Notes under the pieces: model-generated
Seen by the model: only the letters and a program-made list of their open reading frames with translations
Database searches by the model: none
What the model was told of the DNA's origin: nothing
IMG/VR virus record: IMGVR_UViG_3300017758_000012
Span: 1-53,324 of that record
Length of the DNA: 53,324 bases
Reading direction: 5' to 3' (one strand)
Origin: a virus
Lineage: Duplodnaviria; Caudoviricetes
Translations under genes and position numbers: made by a program
Shown here: piece after piece, positions 48,882 to 53,324 of the stretch
How the letters are laid out: each line of letters opens with the position of its first letter
Position numbering within the stretch: position 1 is the stretch's first letter

Positions 48882-49854
48882 TATCTAATATATTTAATTT
48901 ATTTAAATCCCTAAAACATGATTCCCAATTGTTAAATCTAATATTTTTATCATCAATATAAGCAACTGCTCTTGGTTTTTCAGCTGTAACCTTAGAAATA
49001 TATTTTGAAAAGTTATGTTTATCTAACCATTCCCAAACTAATTCCGTTCCTGTTTTACCATTTACTAATCCTCTATCTGATTTTGCTTTAGCTGTATAAC
49101 ATATTAATGTATATTTATCCGATAGTTTTTTAAGTGCTTCCTTAGTTCCTTCAATAGGTTCATCATATATAGTACCATCAAAAAATCCTTTACTATTTTT
49201 ATGAATAACACCATCAAAATCAATACCTAAATTTATTTGTTCATCTGGGTAAGAATGTTTACGAATACCTTTTTGCCAATTTAATCCCTTTAAATCTTCA
49301 GGATTATTTTGACCTATTGGAGGACATTCATTACCAGAGCCATGGGTTAATTGATATTGTAATAATAAACTTAAACATTCAGCTGTATGGTAATAATCTA
49401 CTCCTAATATCACTTGGGTTAATCCTTTTATTTTATTTGAAATGGGTTTAGCTGTTAGTAAGCAGGTTTCCATACCATTATCAGAAGCCCATTGTAATGC
49501 TTTTATTACATCTTTAGATGTACCTGAAGAAGAAATACCATATACTAATGATCTTTTCATTTGATCTTTAGTTCTAGTAGAGGTTCTCTGTTGTAACCAT
49601 GCTACCATCCATTGTGTAAAATCTGTATCATTTATTAAAGAGGTTGCTACAACACAACTACCGGGACATATAGCATTTTTAGTACCATTTGATAATCTTG
49701 TCATATCAACTGCTGTGTGATCAGCAATACCCATATTACCTCCATGTCCTAATACATAAATATCATTACATTTATTATATTTATTTTGCAATTCTTCCCA
49801 TTCAGAAGTATTTACTATTTTAGTAAACCTATGTCCTATATTTTCAATATTCAT
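48874..49854 (-). CDS. SIS-domain sugar-phosphate isomerase (GmhA-like) fused to a HAD phosphatase
   Basis: GHGGNMGIADH, GISSSGTS..VIKA; IDFDGVIH...YIDDK. Confidence 0.8.
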   Translation of the reverse strand: MNIENIGHRFTKIVNTSEWEELQNKYNKCNDIYVLGHGGNMGIADHTAVDMTRLSNGTKNAICPGSCVVATSLINDTDFTQWMVAWLQQRTSTRTKDQMKRSLVYGISSSGTSKDVIKALQWASDNGMETCLLTAKPISNKIKGLTQVILGVDYYHTAECLSLLLQYQLTHGSGNECPPIGQNNPEDLKGLNWQKGIRKHSYPDEQINLGIDFDGVIHKNSKGFFDGTIYDEPIEGTKEALKKLSDKYTLICYTAKAKSDRGLVNGKTGTELVWEWLDKHNFSKYISKVTAEKPRAVAYIDDKNIRFNNWESCFRDLNKLNILDNG

Positions 49855-49864
49855 CTTTAATTTT

Positions 49865-50527
49865 TTAACTTATTATACAATGTTCAGCTATTAATTTAGC
49901 CATAGTAAAATCAAATTCAGTATCAATATCAGTACCTTCTATTTCATCTACCACATAAATCTGGGGGGATTCTCCTATTCTAGATTTTGTTTTATTAAAT
50001 CCTTCTTTACTAATACCATATAAACTTGTTGTTTCTTTTATTATTGGTTTAGCATCTTGACTTCGTGGGAGTAATTTTGGATTATAATTTACAGGTTTTC
50101 CATTAAACCAATACCAAGTATAATCTTCAATAACTGTAAATACAGAATCCCCTAAAGAATTTGTTTTCATAATATTTACACAATCCTTTAAAGTATTAGA
50201 TGTTAAAAATGGAGATGTAACAAAAACCTGAAAATAAACATCATAATTAGGTTTAATATCAACCCAATGTTCTAGTAGATCATTACCATTAGCACTATCT
50301 TTTAATAATTTTGGGTCTCTATCTATTATATTAATATTTTTTTCTATGCAATAATTTTTTACATCTTCTGAATCTGTATCTACAAATACATCATCAAAAA
50401 TTTTTGAATTGATTACTGTATCTAAAGCATATCTGTATAAAGGTATGCCCCTAAGTAAACGAAGGTTTTTATTAGGTACTCTACTACTATTATTTTTTAT
50501 AGGTATAAAACAAGCTATTTTAGTCAT
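49865..50527 (-). CDS. Acylneuraminate/nonulosonate cytidylyltransferase (NeuA-like)
   Basis: IPIK..SSRVPNKNLR, VDTDS, TSPF, PRSQD, DIDTEFDF. Confidence 0.88.
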   Translation of the reverse strand: MTKIACFIPIKNNSSRVPNKNLRLLRGIPLYRYALDTVINSKIFDDVFVDTDSEDVKNYCIEKNINIIDRDPKLLKDSANGNDLLEHWVDIKPNYDVYFQVFVTSPFLTSNTLKDCVNIMKTNSLGDSVFTVIEDYTWYWFNGKPVNYNPKLLPRSQDAKPIIKETTSLYGISKEGFNKTKSRIGESPQIYVVDEIEGTDIDTEFDFTMAKLIAEHCIIS

Positions 50528-50777
50528 CTTTATCTTTTATTATTTCTGCTTCTTGTATAGTTTGACAAAAAAAGAATTTATCATCACTTTGTAAAACATG
50601 ATCATAATCCATATAATCTCTATATCCTGCTACCCAATCCATTCTTATTTGATTATTTTCTACAAACCTATGTTTAGACATTTCCCGCTTAACAATATAA
50701 CCTTTATCACCAACATATTTTATATAATCTATTCCTATCATTTCCAAAAAACTTGAATTGATATTAATACTAAACAT
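50520..50777 (-). CDS. Hypothetical protein (true start may be the second Met)
   Basis: 85-aa ORF overlapping both neighbours. Confidence 0.6.
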   Translation of the reverse strand: MFSININSSFLEMIGIDYIKYVGDKGYIVKREMSKHRFVENNQIRMDWVAGYRDYMDYDHVLQSDDKFFFCQTIQEAEIIKDKDD

Positions 50778-51085
50778 AACCCTAAACTAACCATTGTTTT
50801 TAAGGATATACCTTCATTAAAATAATGACTTACTCCAATAGCATATATTATCATACCTACACCAAACCCAATAAACCTAGCAGGCCATAGTAAATCACCA
50901 AATCCACTAACAGTATATTTAGTTCCCCAAATATAAGCAAATGATAATATTCCACCAAATAAAGCAACTGCCCATTCATATTTTTGAAATGATTTCCAAA
51001 TAAATTGACCATTTAATTGGTAAAAAGTTAATATGTGGGCTATTAAAAACCAAAAACAACCTAAAAATAAATCGTAATATTTCAT
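50738..51085 (-). CDS. Small multi-pass membrane protein
   Basis: About four hydrophobic segments. Confidence 0.7.
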   Translation of the reverse strand: MKYYDLFLGCFWFLIAHILTFYQLNGQFIWKSFQKYEWAVALFGGILSFAYIWGTKYTVSGFGDLLWPARFIGFGVGMIIYAIGVSHYFNEGISLKTMVSLGLCLVLISIQVFWK

Positions 51086-51086
51086 A

Positions 51087-51233
51087 TTAAAATTTTCTCC
51101 ATGTTAATCTTACAAAACCTAAATAAAGATTTAATTCAGCCCAATCTTCTTCAGCTACATCATTCTTACTATAATAAGATAATCCCATTAAAAAACTATC
51201 TCCTTGTGTTACTACTTGAAAGTCATCGTACAT
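51087..51233 (-). CDS. Small hypothetical protein, 48 aa
   Basis: Own translation MYDDFQVVTQGDSFLMGLSYY...LTWRKF; fills the gap between neighbours. Confidence 0.6.
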   Translation of the reverse strand: MYDDFQVVTQGDSFLMGLSYYSKNDVAEEDWAELNLYLGFVRLTWRKF

Positions 51234-51234
51234 A

Positions 51235-51675
51235 TTATTCTATTTCTATTAAATTAATATTATTAAATTCTGGTTCTTCAGTTTCTCTTAATTCTTCATC
51301 TGTTGGTTCATAATCATCTAATTCATCAAACTCATCATCCCATTTAGCTTCTTCTAACTCTACTTTTCTATCAATTTCATCCTGAGTTGCTTTATCAATT
51401 TTCCAAGCTATTGGAGCTAATAAACCTGCATTTTCAACTACAGACCATAATCTTTCTTTCCATAAATTCATTTTAACACCATCAATTACACAATAATAAC
51501 CTTTATGTGTTGTAATTTCACCTAATCTATCTAAAAACGATCTAGTTAAAATATCTAATTTACCTCCAATTTCGAAATTTTTACCATAATCTTCACAACC
51601 ATTAGTGTTTGCTTCGAACATTTCTTTTATTTCAACCCACTCATTTGTAAGTACTAATCTTTTTGCTTTAACCAT
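51235..51675 (-). CDS. Hypothetical protein with acidic tail
   Basis: 146-aa ORF. Confidence 0.7.
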   Translation of the reverse strand: MVKAKRLVLTNEWVEIKEMFEANTNGCEDYGKNFEIGGKLDILTRSFLDRLGEITTHKGYYCVIDGVKMNLWKERLWSVVENAGLLAPIAWKIDKATQDEIDRKVELEEAKWDDEFDELDDYEPTDEELRETEEPEFNNINLIEIE

Positions 51676-51697
51676 AACCTTTATTTTTTTTTATTTA

Positions 51698-52120
51698 TTA
51701 ATTACTTTGCCACATCATTTTTACTTCTGACCAATTTCCTCCAGATAATTTGTCAGCGATTGTCTTTCCTTCCCATCTATTATCTCTTTGAGAAATATCT
51801 CTTAAATTCTCAATTCTATCATTAGTACAATCATTATTAATATGATCAACTACTCCATTGGCATCATTACCATTTAACATTTTCCAAATTAATCTACTTC
51901 TATAATATAAATTATAATTAATTTTTACTTGACTTCTACCACCTAATCCAGTGTTACCTGCTTCAACTCCTTCAAAATCTGTCCCTCTAGATACTCTATC
52001 TCTGTAATTTTTATGATATAATTTACCGTCTTCATAAGTAAACCTTTCATTTAATTGTTCTTGAGTATATGGGATTTTATTTGCATATACATTTCTATAA
52101 CTTGATTTAAATTTTTCCAT
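51698..52120 (-). CDS. HNH endonuclease (HNH_3-like, free-standing)
   Basis: RLIWKM...VDHINNDCTNDRIENLR. Confidence 0.85.
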   Translation of the reverse strand: MEKFKSSYRNVYANKIPYTQEQLNERFTYEDGKLYHKNYRDRVSRGTDFEGVEAGNTGLGGRSQVKINYNLYYRSRLIWKMLNGNDANGVVDHINNDCTNDRIENLRDISQRDNRWEGKTIADKLSGGNWSEVKMMWQSN

Positions 52121-52135
52121 TTTTTTTTTATTTTA

Positions 52136-52324
52136 TTATTTATTAATTCTGATAAATTCACCTTCATATGATACCATTCTCCCTAACATAGGATGAACAA
52201 TACTACTTCCATCGTTAACATTTTCTCTTTGTTTCTTTTTTAATGAATTTAATTTTATTAAATCAATAAATAATGTTTCATTAATTACTTTACTATTTTT
52301 TGTATTTACTCTAATTTTTGACAT
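52136..52324 (-). CDS. Hypothetical protein
   Basis: 62-aa ORF with AAATAAAGGTT-ATG start context. Confidence 0.65.
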   Translation of the reverse strand: MSKIRVNTKNSKVINETLFIDLIKLNSLKKKQRENVNDGSSIVHPMLGRMVSYEGEFIRINK

Positions 52325-52343
52325 AACCTTTATTTTTTAATTA

Positions 52344-52502
52344 TTATTCGCTTTCATATTGCATTGCTAAATCTAAATCTGCACTACATTCTATTACTAT
52401 AGAATCATCTGCTTCTTTATCTACTCTTTCAGATATTTGTCTATCTATTTCTTTTAATCTAGCAATTTCATCTTGTAATTCTTTTAATCTTTTTTCACTC
52501 AT
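52344..52502 (-). CDS. Small coiled-coil protein, 52 aa
   Basis: Own translation MSEKRLKELQDEIARLKEID...MQYESE; directly downstream of promoter copy 3. Confidence 0.65.
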   Translation of the reverse strand: MSEKRLKELQDEIARLKEIDRQISERVDKEADDSIVIECSADLDLAMQYESE

Positions 52503-52554
52503 AACTTTTATTTAATTTTAATTTATACTTGGCTTTACGCCCTTATTTACTCCG

Positions 52555-52585
52555 TAAATATACGAAAGGGATCTCAGGTATCCAA
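52555..52585 (-). promoter_or_regulatory. Putative early promoter (copy 3)
   Basis: TTGG-N13-CTTTCGTATATTTA. Confidence 0.75.
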
Positions 52586-52602
52586 CCCCTTTCGCAATTA
52601 CC

Positions 52603-53313
52603 TTATGATTGTTTGTTAAAATGATTTAATAAATCCATACCTTTTAATGCATCAACAGTAGCATCAAATTTTTTAAACATATATTCTTCATCTTGTCTAA
52701 ATCCTAATTTAAACTCAACCCAACTACCACTTTCAAATGAAACTAAAACTGTTGAGAATGAACGATTACCAGCATATCCAGATCCTGTTTGCACCGTAGC
52801 GTTTGGGTATAATTTTGAATACTTATCAAGAGTATATTCTAACATATTATTTTTCTTAACATAATTATCATATCTCCATTGTTGATCTTCGTTATGTTCA
52901 TTTAATTTAACTAATAATGTAGATGGTTTATAAGCTCTATATTGTGGAGTTATTCTAGAACACTCTAATTTATCACCTGCTTTACTAACAGATGAGTTAT
53001 CAGCTGTTAACTTACCAGCATAAAATCTTTTATGTTTTAAATAAACACCACCACTTATAGTATTAAATGTTACTTCAGTTTTAAAATGATTATCACCATA
53101 CCCAAATAATCTTTCAGATGTTTCTTTATCAACTGCATAAGTACATGAAAAATTTTCACCTTGTTTAAATCCAGCTTCTTTAAGCATTTCTACCGTTTTC
53201 TTCATGCTTTCTATTCTATCTGTTACATAGTGTTGTTGTCTTTCTACAAATCTATTAACTTCATTTTGTTGTTCATCATTTAATACTTGGAATAATTCTA
53301 ATTGCTCTAACAT
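52603..53313 (-). CDS. Hypothetical protein
   Basis: 236-aa ORF with AAATAAAGGTT-ATG start context. Confidence 0.75.
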   Translation of the reverse strand: MLEQLELFQVLNDEQQNEVNRFVERQQHYVTDRIESMKKTVEMLKEAGFKQGENFSCTYAVDKETSERLFGYGDNHFKTEVTFNTISGGVYLKHKRFYAGKLTADNSSVSKAGDKLECSRITPQYRAYKPSTLLVKLNEHNEDQQWRYDNYVKKNNMLEYTLDKYSKLYPNATVQTGSGYAGNRSFSTVLVSFESGSWVEFKLGFRQDEEYMFKKFDATVDALKGMDLLNHFNKQS

Positions 53314-53324
53314 AACCTTTATTT

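Noticed and set aside
1177-51313. All plus-strand ORFs in the track (e.g. 2212..2649, 15344..15706, 41074..41475) and nested minus ORFs 15657..15839 and 29793..30023
   Set aside because: They are antisense or off-frame shadows of well-supported minus-strand genes, with biased composition and mostly non-ATG starts.
51698-52120. Intron-encoded homing endonuclease
   Set aside because: Flanking genes appear complete with short spacers and no intron core; treated as free-standing.
1-53324. Stop-codon reassignment as seen in some large phages
   Set aside because: Long ORFs are intact under the standard bacterial code, and both TAG and TGA terminate genes at tight junctions.

Overview
A strongly AT-rich, gene-dense segment of a large tailed dsDNA phage, probably a contractile-tailed T4-like or jumbo phage. 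Essentially all genes lie on the minus strand. A Bacteroidota (probably Flavobacteria-like) host is inferred from TTGG-N-TATATTTA promoters, SD-less A-rich start regions, a Bacteroidota-type histone-H1-like gene, a tmRNA tag starting GE, a lipoprotein export signal and a T9SS-like C-terminal domain. Left to right: (1) 1-9 kb, probable capsid-internal proteins sharing a leader peptide, including an enzyme 'polyprotein' punctuated by [ILV]-x-E motifs and a frameshifted gene; (2) 9-11 kb, exonuclease, primase and a GIY-YIG-like protein; (3) 11-31 kb, baseplate/tail module; (4) 31-34 kb, gp55-like sigma factor, HD hydrolase and a circularly permuted two-piece tmRNA; (5) 34-53 kb, accessory genes with many glycan-related enzymes, repeated promoters and a structured, more GC-rich non-coding island near 40.1-41.0 kb. 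Most notable are the permuted tmRNA, the leader-tagged cassette/polyprotein system and the structured island. All product calls come from motif recognition by eye; no searches were run.
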